Shown: one piece after another, positions 22,725 through 32,149 of the stretch
Layout of the letters: the number at the start of each line of letters is the position of its first letter
How positions within the stretch are numbered: position 1 is the first letter of the stretch
Virus record (IMG/VR): IMGVR_UViG_3300045988_131882
Strand: one strand, 5' to 3'
From: a virus
Length of the DNA: 44,270 bases
The notes under the pieces: generated by a model
What the model saw: only the letters and a program-made list of their open reading frames with translations
The model's database searches: none
What the model was told of the DNA's origin: nothing
Made by a program: the position numbers and the translations under genes

Positions 22725-23591
22725 ATGCCGAAACCAGTTACAGGGTCTACAAAAGATTACTACGTTAAACCCGGCACGAACAGAGTAAACCAGTATGGCA
22801 GCAGAAAAACATATACGACCGGCAGCAACAAATATACGGCCCCAAAGAAGACGTATACCCCGCCTGTGCAGCCGGTGAGCCAGCCAAAGACCACCTACAC
22901 AGCCCCGGCCACGGTGGTATCCACGCCCACGTACAGCGCACCGCAGCAGAGTTACAGCGCACCGCAGCAGAACAACGACTATATGCAAAGCTACCTGAAC
23001 CAGATGCAGAGCGCCTTACAGGCGGCCCAGCAGCAGGCGGCGGAAGCACAGCGCCGGGCGGAAGAGCAGATGAGAGCCGCGCAGGAGGCGCAGCGCAAAG
23101 CGCGTGAGGAAGCCTACCAGCGCAGTGCGGCCCAGCAGAAAACCGACTATGAGTACGGCCAGGGCCAGCTGAACAGCGCCACAGACAGCGCCTTGCAGCA
23201 AGCGTACATCAACAAGATGATGAACCAGCGCACCCTTGCCCAGCAGCTTGCGGCGCAGGGCATTGGCGGCGGCGCGGCGGAGACCACGACCGCCGGTATG
23301 CTGAACAACTACGGCAGCAGCCGCAACGCCCTGGAAACCGAACGTGCCGCCCAGCTGGCAAGTTTGCTGAACACCTACCAGAACAACATGGCCCAGCTGG
23401 AAAACCAGAAGGCCAGCGGCGACGCAGCCGATTTGAGCCAGTACCAGACGAATTTGAGCAACCTGACGGCGAACAACGCAAATAACTTGATCAGCCTGAT
23501 GCAGGGATACGCGAACATGGCCGCCAGTATGCCGCGCTTACAGCAGAAGTTCAACACCAGCACCGGGCAGTGGGAATACAGCTACGAATAA
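22725..23591 (+). CDS. Gln/Ala-rich low-complexity protein (internal virion or ejection protein candidate)
   Basis: 288 aa. The N-terminal Pro/Thr/Tyr-rich repeats (TYTAPKKTYTPP, TPTYSAPQQSYSAPQQ) are followed by a long coiled coil. Its composition resembles the N-terminus of the downstream giant protein. Confidence 0.55.
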   Translation: MPKPVTGSTKDYYVKPGTNRVNQYGSRKTYTTGSNKYTAPKKTYTPPVQPVSQPKTTYTAPATVVSTPTYSAPQQSYSAPQQNNDYMQSYLNQMQSALQAAQQQAAEAQRRAEEQMRAAQEAQRKAREEAYQRSAAQQKTDYEYGQGQLNSATDSALQQAYINKMMNQRTLAQQLAAQGIGGGAAETTTAGMLNNYGSSRNALETERAAQLASLLNTYQNNMAQLENQKASGDAADLSQYQTNLSNLTANNANNLISLMQGYANMAASMPRLQQKFNTSTGQWEYSYE

Positions 23592-23597
23592 AGGAAT

Positions 23598-23632
23598 GGG
23601 GCGGCAAAGGAAAAGCCGCCCCACCACTTTTT
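23598..23632 (+). terminator. Hairpin with a displaced T run (possible terminator)
   Basis: GGGGCGGC (23598-23605), loop aaaggaaaa, GCCGCCCC (23615-23622), then accac and TTTTT (23628-23632). Confidence 0.5.
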
Positions 23633-23653
23633 GTATATGGGAGGTCTTGACAG

Positions 23654-26600
23654 ATGGCAAAAGTGAGCAACCGGGAAGATGCGTTGTTGAACGCATATTT
23701 GAACCGGTACAAAAACGCCCAGGCCAGCACGGTGAACGAGGGCAAGAACAAAACGCAGACGGCGCGGGCAAAAGGCGCGGCGCTGCTGAATGCGACCGAC
23801 AAGACCCTGCCTGTACTGAAAGACACGTACAGCGACACCCTGCAAAACATTGTGCAGGGGGCCAGCCTGGAAAACAGCCTGAACAATGATGTGCTGAACC
23901 GCCAGATGAAACTTGCACAAGCCAAGTTTGAACAGGCAAACGACCTGTATGAGCAGCAAAAAAAGGCACAGCAGTATGCCGAAAAACAGGCAGCGAAAGA
24001 AGCGGCGGCAGCGGCCAAAGCGGCGGCCAAAGCGGCCAGGAGCGGGCGCAGAAGCGGGAATGGCAGCGGAAAATCCGGCAGCAGCACCGGCAGCGCCAGC
24101 GGTGAGGATGCAGGGGCGGCAATGGATGCACTGTTTGGCAGTACTGCAAGTACCGGCGGCAGCACGGCGAGCAGCAAGCCCAAGGCAGAGGACACGAAAA
24201 AAGACGAGACAAAGAGCGAAAAGCCAAAGGAAAAGAGTGCGCAGGAAAAGTATCTGGAAGCAAAAAAAGCCGGTACCCGCACGACCGCCGCAAAGAGCTA
24301 CGCCGAGCAGAACGGTATAGGCCGTGGGAACGCCGCGCAGCCCGCCCAGAGCCGCGCTGTGACGCGGGGCGGAAAAGTTATCGGCAGCAGTTACGCCGCC
24401 GCAGGAAGTGCCCCTAGTGCGGCAGAGACGCAGGCTGCAAAGGACAAGCGCAACGACTACAAGAGCCAGCAGGAGGACACCGCCGCAGCCTTGAAAAAGT
24501 TGCAGAGCGATGCGGACTACCGCGCCGAGCTTGCCGCACCGGGCCGCAAGCTGACGAGCGCCGAAATCAAGGCGGTGAAACAGTACGGCCAGAATGCTGG
24601 GGATTTGTACAAGCAGGTGCAGAACGGAACGCTGTCGCTGGATGACTACAACACGCAGGCGCAAGCACTTTCCCGGATGAACCAGAAAGCATCCCTGAAC
24701 GGGCTGGGACAGGATTTGCAGGCGGCGACGGCAGGCTTTATGCGCAGCTTCCCGATGCAAAAACAAACCGAGAAAGCGTTCACGGATTGGGCAGATAAGC
24801 AAACGGGCGGCAAGTACACGCAGGCCATTGAAAGCGGCACTGTACCGGCGCTTGTGCCGACGCTGGACAAGTACACCGAGCAAAACCCGCTTGCGGCTAT
24901 TGGCGGCTCTATTGCGGGCAAAGCGGTACAGTACAACGCGTTCAATCAGCTTGTGGATGGCACAAAATACGCCGACGCTGCGCAGAAGGTGGGCGGCAAG
25001 CTGTATGACGCTGCCAAGAAAATCCCGGTACTGCAAAACATTGTACAGCCCGGCTTTGGCGAAGCGGCGGGGCGTGTGCTGGCCGATACAAGTGCTGATC
25101 TGGCGCTGGACACGCTGCCCACGCTGGCGGATGATTTCAGCACCTATTCTGCCCAGCAGGAGGCAATCGCAAATGGTCAGACGGTAGACGACGCCTTGAC
25201 CCCCGGTAAAATTGCGGGGAACACAGCTAAGAACATTGCCGGGAACGTTGCCATGAATGCACTGCCGGAAATCGGCGGGGCGGTGTTCAACAGGCTGAAA
25301 GGCGCAGCGGGTGACGCTGCGCAGGATGCCTTGAAACAAGCTGACGATGCCGTGCAGGATGTGCAGAGCGCCGCACCGGCAAGAAACATTGTGCAGCCGG
25401 AAGCCAACGGCACAACCGGGCTTGCCGCGCAGATACAGCGGATGAACACGCCAGACGCGACCAATCGCAGTGCACTTGATACACTAGATGAACTGCGCGG
25501 GCAGGTCAATTTGAACGGTGCGCAGGAAAAAGAAGCCGAACAGCTGCGCCGCGCCGTGTTGCAGCGCCAGCAGGAGATTGGCGATGAAGCCAAACTTGCG
25601 CTGCAAAATACGGACAGTTTGCCGATTGACGCGCAGGGGCAGGCAGGTTACAATGGAGCAAAGGCAGGTGCTGTAAATGAGAACTTGGGAGAAAACATTC
25701 CAGCAAACATTCGGGTCGATGCTGAATCTGGCGGAGGCAATGAACTGCAATCCGGAAGCGTTAGAGATGGACTTTCTGGACAAGCAGGTGAAGGCGGGCA
25801 AGGTGGCGCCGAGGGTGTGCTCGGACGAGGAGTACAAAACAATGATGCGCGAAACGCTCAATCAGTGGCAGAGTGGGCGCAGACAATCACAGGAAAAGAC
25901 CGCAGAAGCCCCTACACAAGACGCATAGAATCACTGCACAGCCAGATGCAGAACGGCGCAAGCCGTGATGACCTTGCAGAGGAAGCCAAAAGCATTGCGC
26001 TTGGCATTGTGAGGGCTGAGGATTACGCTGAACCGTTGGATGAATCCGCAACGATTCTGAAAGAATATCTGAAAACTACGCCTATCAAGGTCGATGCACA
26101 GACGCAGGGCGAGCTGCTGAATGCCAGCGGCCTCAAGACTTTGTCGCAGTACAATATCCAGAACGGCACGCATTTTTCGCTGAAAGATGGCGTGGATTAC
26201 GACACTGCCATAACGGAAGTGTACGACATGATGGGCATGGGAAACCGCATACCGGACGGCAACGCGGCAGACGCCCTTATGGGACTTGTGCAGCAGAGCA
26301 AAGCCGGGCCTTTGGTTGATGCCGATATGCGCGGAACCGTCATAGACTATATGCGGGATCGTATCCTTGATGGCCCCGGCAACGCACCGCTTGGCGGCGA
26401 GGATTTTGCAGACTGGTTAGACACGCAGTCTTTCGACCGGAATGCGCCTGACTATGTAAAACGGGTATATGAGCGCGGTGACGCTACAATGCCAACCATG
26501 AACACAGCGCCTTCGGCTGATGCCGGGGGCGCTGCATTTTTGCAGCCGACTGACACCGCGAGTGAGCCTGTGCCGGGTATGGACATTGTGGAGAATGCCC

Positions 26601-29600
26601 GCCAGACGGCAGGAGCCGCCAGCGGGCAGAATGCAGCGCGGCCCCTGAATGGCAGCGAGAGCGTGCCGGAGAATGCGGTGGGCGCGGAAAGTACGCAGTA
26701 TGACCGCCGCGAGGTAGTGAACCAGGACTACGCGAACCAGCGTGCGATGGGCGGCAAAATTGATGCGGACGAGGCCGCAGCGGCAGGTATCTGGCAACAG
26801 ACTCATACCGTATACAGCAGGGCAGAAGGTAAGGATACCGCCAAACAGGATTTTGATTTGTTAGTACAGCAGAACGGCGATATTTTGAGCGCCGGGCGCA
26901 CGGTTGCGGATGAATTGGCCCGAAAATCAGCTGACGGAAATTTTGATGCCAGCGACGTATATCGCGGTTATTATGCTGCCGACCAGCTGCAAAACATGCT
27001 GAACAGCTACGAAAAAGGCAGCGCAGATGCACAGTTGGTGCAGGCACAAATCGAAAACCTGAACCGCGCTGTCAGCGCCGGGCAGAGCAAAAATGCCCAA
27101 GCATTGAGCGCAGGGCGCTGGGCGCAAATTGACGAGTACACTCCCATTCGCAAGTTTGAACAAATCACGCAAAGAAAAGTAAATGATTTTGCGGAAACGC
27201 GAGACGGCAAGCAGCTGGAATCTTTGGCATCAGATGTTGTAGAAATGGCGAAGTCTGGGCCGCAAGACGAAGAATTTACCGCTTTTTTGAAGGCACAGGG
27301 CGTTGATGTAGGCGATAATCCACTGAACGCACAGATGGATGACCTTGCAAAACGCATTAAAAACATGGCGGGTACAAAAGGTATCAAGGCCACCGATGAG
27401 CAAGCAAAATCTGCGGCTGCCAGCATCCTTGCCGGAGGCAATGCAGACGATGTGTTTAATGCAATGGCGCGTAAAACTCTCGGCGTTGAGAATTTAAGCC
27501 AGGAAGATTACGACTATGTAAAAAACGCATTTGCCGAAATGGCCGATATGCCAGACAGCAAAGCACGCTACGAAAAGGAACTGGACGCATATAAGCGGCT
27601 TGCCAAATATTTGCCTGCCAAAACATTTGGCGACAAGATGGAAAGTATCCGCTATCTGTCTATGCTGGGAAATACCAGAACCCACGCAAGAAACGTGCTT
27701 GGCAACGTATCGATGGGCGTTGTAACCCGCGCCAAAGACAATGTTTCCGGCGTGATGCAGCTTGCTTTGCCGAAAGACCAACGAACAAAAGCCGTTGGAA
27801 CAACCCTTACAGCCGATGGCCGCAAGATGGTAGACCTTGCCAAAGAGTATGGGCAGAACAAAATGTATTCTGTTTTGTACAATGACGGCAAGTTCAATGC
27901 GGAAAGCGGGCTGCGTGCCGCGCAGGATACGTTTACCAGCAAACCCGGGAAGATAATCCAGAAAGCGGCTGACATCAACAGTGCATTGCTGGAAAAAGAG
28001 GATAATATTTTCCTTACTTCGGCATTTGGCAATGCAATGGCAAGCCAGCTGAAAGCGCGTGGCTATGACAGCAGCGTTTTTACAGCAACCGATGCAAAAA
28101 GCAAGCAGGCACTTGTGGATGCAGCTGCAACGGCTTTGCGCGATGCAAAAGAAGCCACATTCCACGAAGATAACTTTCTTTCCACTGCACTGAAAAATTA
28201 TCAGAATGATATTAAAGGGCACGGAATAGAGGGGAAAATTCTTTGGGCAATAGGCGAAGGCGTTTTACCGTTCAAGAAAACCCCGCTGAACATTGCCAAA
28301 AATGCAATGGAATACAATATTGTAGGTGGCACAGTAGAAGCTGCTTATCGCTATGCCACAGGTGCAAGCAGCGCAGATGTAATTGACGCTGCTGCCAAAG
28401 GTCTGACTGGCACGGCATTGATGGGCATAGGCGGCATCCTTGCATATAATGGGCTGTTGAACGGCAGCGATAGCGGAGACGACCGTGCCGATGCATTTGA
28501 TGAGATGACAGGCAAACAGGAATATTCCATCAATATTCCAGGTAAAGGAACGTACACCATTGATTGGGCAAGCCCCGCAAGCGTACCGCTTTTGATGGGC
28601 GCCGAGATTGCCAATGAATGGCAGAACGACGGTCTAAGTGTTACAAAATTCCTTGACGCTGCGCGAAAAATCGGGAACCCGATTTTGGAAACCACGATGC
28701 TGCAAGGACTGAATGACACGTTGGACAGCGTGAGCTATGCAGATTCCAACGATAAATTGGCAACGCTTCTCGGTGGGACGCTGGGCAGTTATGCACAGCA
28801 GTATGTTCCAACCGCATCTGGTCAAATTGCTAGAACCATTGACCCTATGCGCCGTTCCACTTATGGCGGCGGGGATAGCAAGACGGAAAGAAATACCAAC
28901 TACGCAATCCGAAAAGCGGAGAATAAAATCCCCGGCTTAAGCATGAACAACGAGCCGTACATTGACCAGTGGGGCCGCGAAGAGGCGAGCTTGGACGGTA
29001 CGGACGATTCAGCGGGAGGTATGTTCCTGCGCGGTGCGTACAACATGCTTAGCCCCGGTTATGTGAGCGCCGAAAACATTACCCCGGTTGACGAGTATCT
29101 GCAAGAGCTGTACGGCAGCACGAACGACAGCCATGTCTTGCCGGAAAAGGCAAGCAGCCAAATCAAGGTGGACGGCGAGGGGTATTACATGACCCCGGAG
29201 GAAAAGACCGAGTATGCCAAGACGAGCGGTCAGACAGCCTATGACCTGGTTGACGAGTTACGGCAGAACAGTATGTTTTTGCAGCTGCCGGAAGACCAGC
29301 AGAGTGCGCTTGTGCAGGATGCCTACACGGTAGCCAAGACCGCTGGCGGTGTGGCCGCTGTTGGCGACGGCGTGAGCGGTGTGAACGCGAAGGAGTACGA
29401 GGCATACCGGGACGGCGGTGCGGAAGGATTCAGCCAGTATGTGCTGATGAAGAACGCCACCGACCTTGTACGCGACGAAAAGCGGGAGACGAGCGGCAAT
29501 GACAATGCGGACCTGAACACGGTGGAAACTTGGAATACACTGTACTCGCAGTTTGGTGAGGATGCTGTTGGCAACTTTGTGAACAGCACCAAAGAGGACA

Positions 29601-30046
29601 GTACGGTGCGCAACATCAGCGACCTTGCCGGAGACAAGGCGGTCACCGCTTATATGCAGGCTTACAGTTCTGTGGCAAATACGCTGGACGATGGGCAGAC
29701 ACCGGACAAGTTTACTGTTGGCTACGGTATGCAGAAATACGGTTTGAGCGGAGACGACTTTGCGAGGGCGTATCTGGCAGCGTACTACAAGAAGGACAAG
29801 AACGGCAAGTACCCGGAAAAGGGCGGCACCTATGCCGACAAGGCCGGTGCAGAGATTTACCAGAGCTACGGCGCAGATGCGCTGCGCGACTGGGTAAACT
29901 ACCGCGCTACCATTTCCGACACGAACGGCAACGGCAAAGTCGATAAGGACGAGGCTATGGCACGTTTGAACGAGATGGATTTGACGAACGAACTGCGCCG
30001 AGCCTATTTGACAAAGACAAACAAGCAGTGGAAGAATCCCTATTGA
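23654..30046 (+). CDS. Giant (2130 aa) virion-associated multidomain protein (polyvalent or ejection protein candidate; not an obvious tape measure)
   Basis: One ORF of 6.4 kb with GGGAGGT upstream. It has an N-terminal coiled coil and a Ser/Gly/Lys-rich linker. The central globular region contains ESIRYLSMLGNTRTHARNVLGN. An EF-hand-like loop, DTNGNGKVDKDE, is encoded at 29918-29953. Confidence 0.7.
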   Translation: MAKVSNREDALLNAYLNRYKNAQASTVNEGKNKTQTARAKGAALLNATDKTLPVLKDTYSDTLQNIVQGASLENSLNNDVLNRQMKLAQAKFEQANDLYEQQKKAQQYAEKQAAKEAAAAAKAAAKAARSGRRSGNGSGKSGSSTGSASGEDAGAAMDALFGSTASTGGSTASSKPKAEDTKKDETKSEKPKEKSAQEKYLEAKKAGTRTTAAKSYAEQNGIGRGNAAQPAQSRAVTRGGKVIGSSYAAAGSAPSAAETQAAKDKRNDYKSQQEDTAAALKKLQSDADYRAELAAPGRKLTSAEIKAVKQYGQNAGDLYKQVQNGTLSLDDYNTQAQALSRMNQKASLNGLGQDLQAATAGFMRSFPMQKQTEKAFTDWADKQTGGKYTQAIESGTVPALVPTLDKYTEQNPLAAIGGSIAGKAVQYNAFNQLVDGTKYADAAQKVGGKLYDAAKKIPVLQNIVQPGFGEAAGRVLADTSADLALDTLPTLADDFSTYSAQQEAIANGQTVDDALTPGKIAGNTAKNIAGNVAMNALPEIGGAVFNRLKGAAGDAAQDALKQADDAVQDVQSAAPARNIVQPEANGTTGLAAQIQRMNTPDATNRSALDTLDELRGQVNLNGAQEKEAEQLRRAVLQRQQEIGDEAKLALQNTDSLPIDAQGQAGYNGAKAGAVNENLGENIPANIRVDAESGGGNELQSGSVRDGLSGQAGEGGQGGAEGVLGRGVQNNDARNAQSVAEWAQTITGKDRRSPYTRRIESLHSQMQNGASRDDLAEEAKSIALGIVRAEDYAEPLDESATILKEYLKTTPIKVDAQTQGELLNASGLKTLSQYNIQNGTHFSLKDGVDYDTAITEVYDMMGMGNRIPDGNAADALMGLVQQSKAGPLVDADMRGTVIDYMRDRILDGPGNAPLGGEDFADWLDTQSFDRNAPDYVKRVYERGDATMPTMNTAPSADAGGAAFLQPTDTASEPVPGMDIVENARQTAGAASGQNAARPLNGSESVPENAVGAESTQYDRREVVNQDYANQRAMGGKIDADEAAAAGIWQQTHTVYSRAEGKDTAKQDFDLLVQQNGDILSAGRTVADELARKSADGNFDASDVYRGYYAADQLQNMLNSYEKGSADAQLVQAQIENLNRAVSAGQSKNAQALSAGRWAQIDEYTPIRKFEQITQRKVNDFAETRDGKQLESLASDVVEMAKSGPQDEEFTAFLKAQGVDVGDNPLNAQMDDLAKRIKNMAGTKGIKATDEQAKSAAASILAGGNADDVFNAMARKTLGVENLSQEDYDYVKNAFAEMADMPDSKARYEKELDAYKRLAKYLPAKTFGDKMESIRYLSMLGNTRTHARNVLGNVSMGVVTRAKDNVSGVMQLALPKDQRTKAVGTTLTADGRKMVDLAKEYGQNKMYSVLYNDGKFNAESGLRAAQDTFTSKPGKIIQKAADINSALLEKEDNIFLTSAFGNAMASQLKARGYDSSVFTATDAKSKQALVDAAATALRDAKEATFHEDNFLSTALKNYQNDIKGHGIEGKILWAIGEGVLPFKKTPLNIAKNAMEYNIVGGTVEAAYRYATGASSADVIDAAAKGLTGTALMGIGGILAYNGLLNGSDSGDDRADAFDEMTGKQEYSINIPGKGTYTIDWASPASVPLLMGAEIANEWQNDGLSVTKFLDAARKIGNPILETTMLQGLNDTLDSVSYADSNDKLATLLGGTLGSYAQQYVPTASGQIARTIDPMRRSTYGGGDSKTERNTNYAIRKAENKIPGLSMNNEPYIDQWGREEASLDGTDDSAGGMFLRGAYNMLSPGYVSAENITPVDEYLQELYGSTNDSHVLPEKASSQIKVDGEGYYMTPEEKTEYAKTSGQTAYDLVDELRQNSMFLQLPEDQQSALVQDAYTVAKTAGGVAAVGDGVSGVNAKEYEAYRDGGAEGFSQYVLMKNATDLVRDEKRETSGNDNADLNTVETWNTLYSQFGEDAVGNFVNSTKEDSTVRNISDLAGDKAVTAYMQAYSSVANTLDDGQTPDKFTVGYGMQKYGLSGDDFARAYLAAYYKKDKNGKYPEKGGTYADKAGAEIYQSYGADALRDWVNYRATISDTNGNGKVDKDEAMARLNEMDLTNELRRAYLTKTNKQWKNPY

Positions 30047-30054
30047 GGTGCTGT

Positions 30055-30243
30055 ATGAAGTTTGATTTTTGCATGAACCGGGCGGAGTATGACGAGCTTG
30101 TATTCAGCCTGACGGACGATGAGCGGGAAGTGCTGGATATGCGGCGGCACGGGCGGCGCAATGCCGAGATCGCAGCCGAGCTGAACTGCTGCGAGAGGAC
30201 GGTAAACAGGCATGTGAGAAGCATTAAGAATAAGATGCGGTAA
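30055..30243 (+). CDS. Stand-alone LuxR/GerE-type HTH protein (sigma-70 region-4-like), 62 aa
   Basis: SLTDDEREVLDMRRHGRRNAEIAAELNCCERTVNRHVRSIKNKM fits the LuxR/FixJ HTH pattern. GAGGTG lies upstream of the ATG at 30055. Confidence 0.7.
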   Translation: MKFDFCMNRAEYDELVFSLTDDEREVLDMRRHGRRNAEIAAELNCCERTVNRHVRSIKNKMR

Positions 30244-30282
30244 AGGCAAGAGCGGGGCGTCGAGGACGCCGCCCCCTACAAC
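30244..30282 (+). repeat. 39-nt hairpin repeat, copy 2
   Basis: AGGCAaGAGCGGGGCGTCGAGGACGCCGCCCCCTACAAC, 38/39 identical to 12081-12119 and again just upstream of a terminator. Confidence 0.9.
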
Positions 30283-30285
30283 ATG

Positions 30286-30322
30286 GCGGGCAGTCACTTT
30301 TTGAGTGGCTGCCCGCTTTTTT
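30286..30322 (+). terminator. Rho-independent terminator
   Basis: GCGGGCAGTCACT (30286-30298) pairs with AGTGGCTGCCCGC (30304-30316), followed by T6. Confidence 0.85.
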
Positions 30323-30418
30323 GTCTTGGCGTGAGGATGGCGCAAATGTGGCGCGGAGGTGTCCTACGGCGCGGGATAAATTGCGGTACAATGAAACCAG
30401 AAAGACGAGGTGAGCGGG

Positions 30419-30775
30419 ATGTACTGGAACAACTACGGTATGCAGACCCCCTACAGCAACCCTTATGGGCAGACGATGCAGCAGGCGTTACAGCCGTGCA
30501 GCATCACGAAGGTGAGCGGCGAGAACGGCGCAAAGGCGTTTGGAATGGCACCAAATTCCAGCGCACTTCTGCTGGACGAGACCGCGCCGCTGGTATGGCT
30601 GAAAACAACAGATGGGGCAGGGTATCCCACTTTGACACCCTACACCATTACCCCGTACCAGGCCGCGCCGCCGGTGGACGTGAACAGCCTGGAAAACCGT
30701 GTGAAACGATTGGAGGAGATGCTCAATGACAAATCCGATTCTACAGGCAATGGGGAAAAGCGCAATGCCAAATAG
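30419..30775 (+). CDS. Hypothetical protein (Tyr/Pro/Gln-rich N-terminus)
   Basis: MYWNNYGMQTPYSNPYGQTMQQALQPCSITKVSGENGAKAF... GAGGTGA lies 5 nt upstream of the ATG at 30419. Confidence 0.6.
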   Translation: MYWNNYGMQTPYSNPYGQTMQQALQPCSITKVSGENGAKAFGMAPNSSALLLDETAPLVWLKTTDGAGYPTLTPYTITPYQAAPPVDVNSLENRVKRLEEMLNDKSDSTGNGEKRNAK

Positions 30776-30938
30776 CCCGATGAACGTGGTGCAGCAGTTT
30801 ATGCAGTTCAAACAGCAGATGCAGGGGAAAGACCCGCAAAAAATTGTGGAGCAGATGCTTTCAGATGGCAGAATGAGCCAGCAGCAGTTTGAGCAGCTGA
30901 AACAACAGGCGGAACAGTTCAAGGGCATATTTTACTGA
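30726..30938 (+). CDS. Hypothetical Gln-rich helical protein
   Basis: 70 aa. GGAGGAG lies 8 nt upstream. It overlaps the 3' end of the previous gene. MTNPILQAMGKSAMPNSPMNVVQQFMQFKQQMQGKDPQKIVEQ... Confidence 0.55.
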   Translation: MTNPILQAMGKSAMPNSPMNVVQQFMQFKQQMQGKDPQKIVEQMLSDGRMSQQQFEQLKQQAEQFKGIFY

Positions 30939-30994
30939 TATAGGCCGGGTCGACACGGCTTATAAATACAAATCTTATGAAAGGATTGGATACT

Positions 30995-31627
30995 ATGGAC
31001 AATGGGTACTCTTTGAGCGACCTGCGCGCGGCGACCGGTGACGGCAACGGCTTCGGTGGAAACGGCGCATGGTGGATCGTGATTTTGTTCCTGTTCTGCT
31101 TCATGGGCGGCGGCTTCTGGGGCAACCGGCAGGGCGAGTTCGGCCAGTATGCCACCGCTGCCAGCCAGCAGGAAATTTTGTTCGGCCAGCAGTTCGGCCA
31201 GCTGAACGACAGAATCGCAAATCTGGGCAACGGTATCTGTAATCTCGGCTATGAGATGCAGGGCAACATCGGCCAGCTTGGCAAGGAAGTGGCGCTGGGC
31301 CAGAGCAATCTGAACCAGACCGTAATGCAGACCGGCAACAATATCCAGCAGCAGATCGCCAGCTGCTGCTGCGAGAACCGGCTTGCGACGGCCAATCTGT
31401 CCGCGCAGATGGATCGCCAGACCTGCGACATCACGAATGCAATTCGCGCCGAAGGCGAACAGACCCGTGCACTGATGCAGGCTAACGAGATTCAGCAGCT
31501 GCGCGACAAGGTAAACGCCTTGCAGATGGACAACCGCATGTACGGCGTGGTGCGTTACCCCAACGGTTACACCTACACGGCAGGGCCGAGCCCCTTCTGC
31601 GGCTGCAACACTGGTTGCTGCAACTAA
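30995..31627 (+). CDS. Membrane protein with a coiled-coil region and a Cys-rich C-terminus
   Basis: TM helix: AWWIVILFLFCFMGGGFWG. Gln/Asn-rich repeats, an internal CCC, and the C-terminal FCGCNTGCCN. The start is at 30995 (AAAGGA upstream) or 30977. Confidence 0.6.
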   Translation: MDNGYSLSDLRAATGDGNGFGGNGAWWIVILFLFCFMGGGFWGNRQGEFGQYATAASQQEILFGQQFGQLNDRIANLGNGICNLGYEMQGNIGQLGKEVALGQSNLNQTVMQTGNNIQQQIASCCCENRLATANLSAQMDRQTCDITNAIRAEGEQTRALMQANEIQQLRDKVNALQMDNRMYGVVRYPNGYTYTAGPSPFCGCNTGCCN

Positions 31628-31646
31628 TTCGCTGTAACAGCGCGTC

Positions 31647-31679
31647 AGCCCGCACGGCAAGCGCTGTGCGGGCTTTTTT
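31647..31679 (+). terminator. Rho-independent terminator
   Basis: AGCCCGCAC (31647-31655) pairs with GTGCGGGCT (31666-31674), followed by a T run to 31679. Confidence 0.85.
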
Positions 31680-31698
31680 GAGGAAAGGAGTATAGTTT

Positions 31699-32139
31699 AT
31701 GGCTTGCAATGAAAGGCTGAAAAATCCCCATTTCAAGAGCGCACAGAACGCCTACAACAACACGGCACAGACGATGGCCGCGACCGCAACGCCCATCAAT
31801 GTACTGGGCATCCTGAACACAGATACCGGGTGCAGCATCGACACGAACGCGGGCGGATTTATCATCCGGCACAGTGGGTTATACCGCATAAGCTATGACG
31901 TGACGTTTACGGCGGGCGCTGCCGGAACGGAAGTGCTGCAAGGCCTGAAAGACACGGCAGCGCTGCCCTGCATGACGGCAAGCGCGACGGTGGCCGCGAA
32001 CGAGGTTTCCACTTTCCATGCGGAAACTGTCGTGTACATCCCTGTATGCTGCGGCAGCACGCCGACGATCAGCGCCGTGCTGAGCGGCGTGGCCGGAACC
32101 GTGACCCACGTCTGCGCCAGCGTTGTGAAGCTGGCATGA
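31699..32139 (+). CDS. C1q/TNF-like (BclA C-terminal-domain-like) jelly-roll protein
   Basis: GGFIIRHSGLYRISYDVTFTAGAAG...VLQGLKD...TVTHVCASVVKLA follows the G-x-Y-x-I-x-Y-x-V pattern and the C-terminal strand pattern of BclA-CTD/C1q domains. AAAGGAG lies upstream. Confidence 0.5.
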   Translation: MACNERLKNPHFKSAQNAYNNTAQTMAATATPINVLGILNTDTGCSIDTNAGGFIIRHSGLYRISYDVTFTAGAAGTEVLQGLKDTAALPCMTASATVAANEVSTFHAETVVYIPVCCGSTPTISAVLSGVAGTVTHVCASVVKLA

Positions 32140-32149
32140 GGTGCGCGAG

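Noticed and set aside
23582-25339. 585-aa minus-strand ORF, with neighbours 23538-24293 and 23551-24282.
   Set aside because: It is entirely antisense to the 2130-aa gene, has Arg/Cys/Leu/Phe-rich nonsense composition and no SD. It is a by-product of the GC-rich, stop-poor antisense frame.
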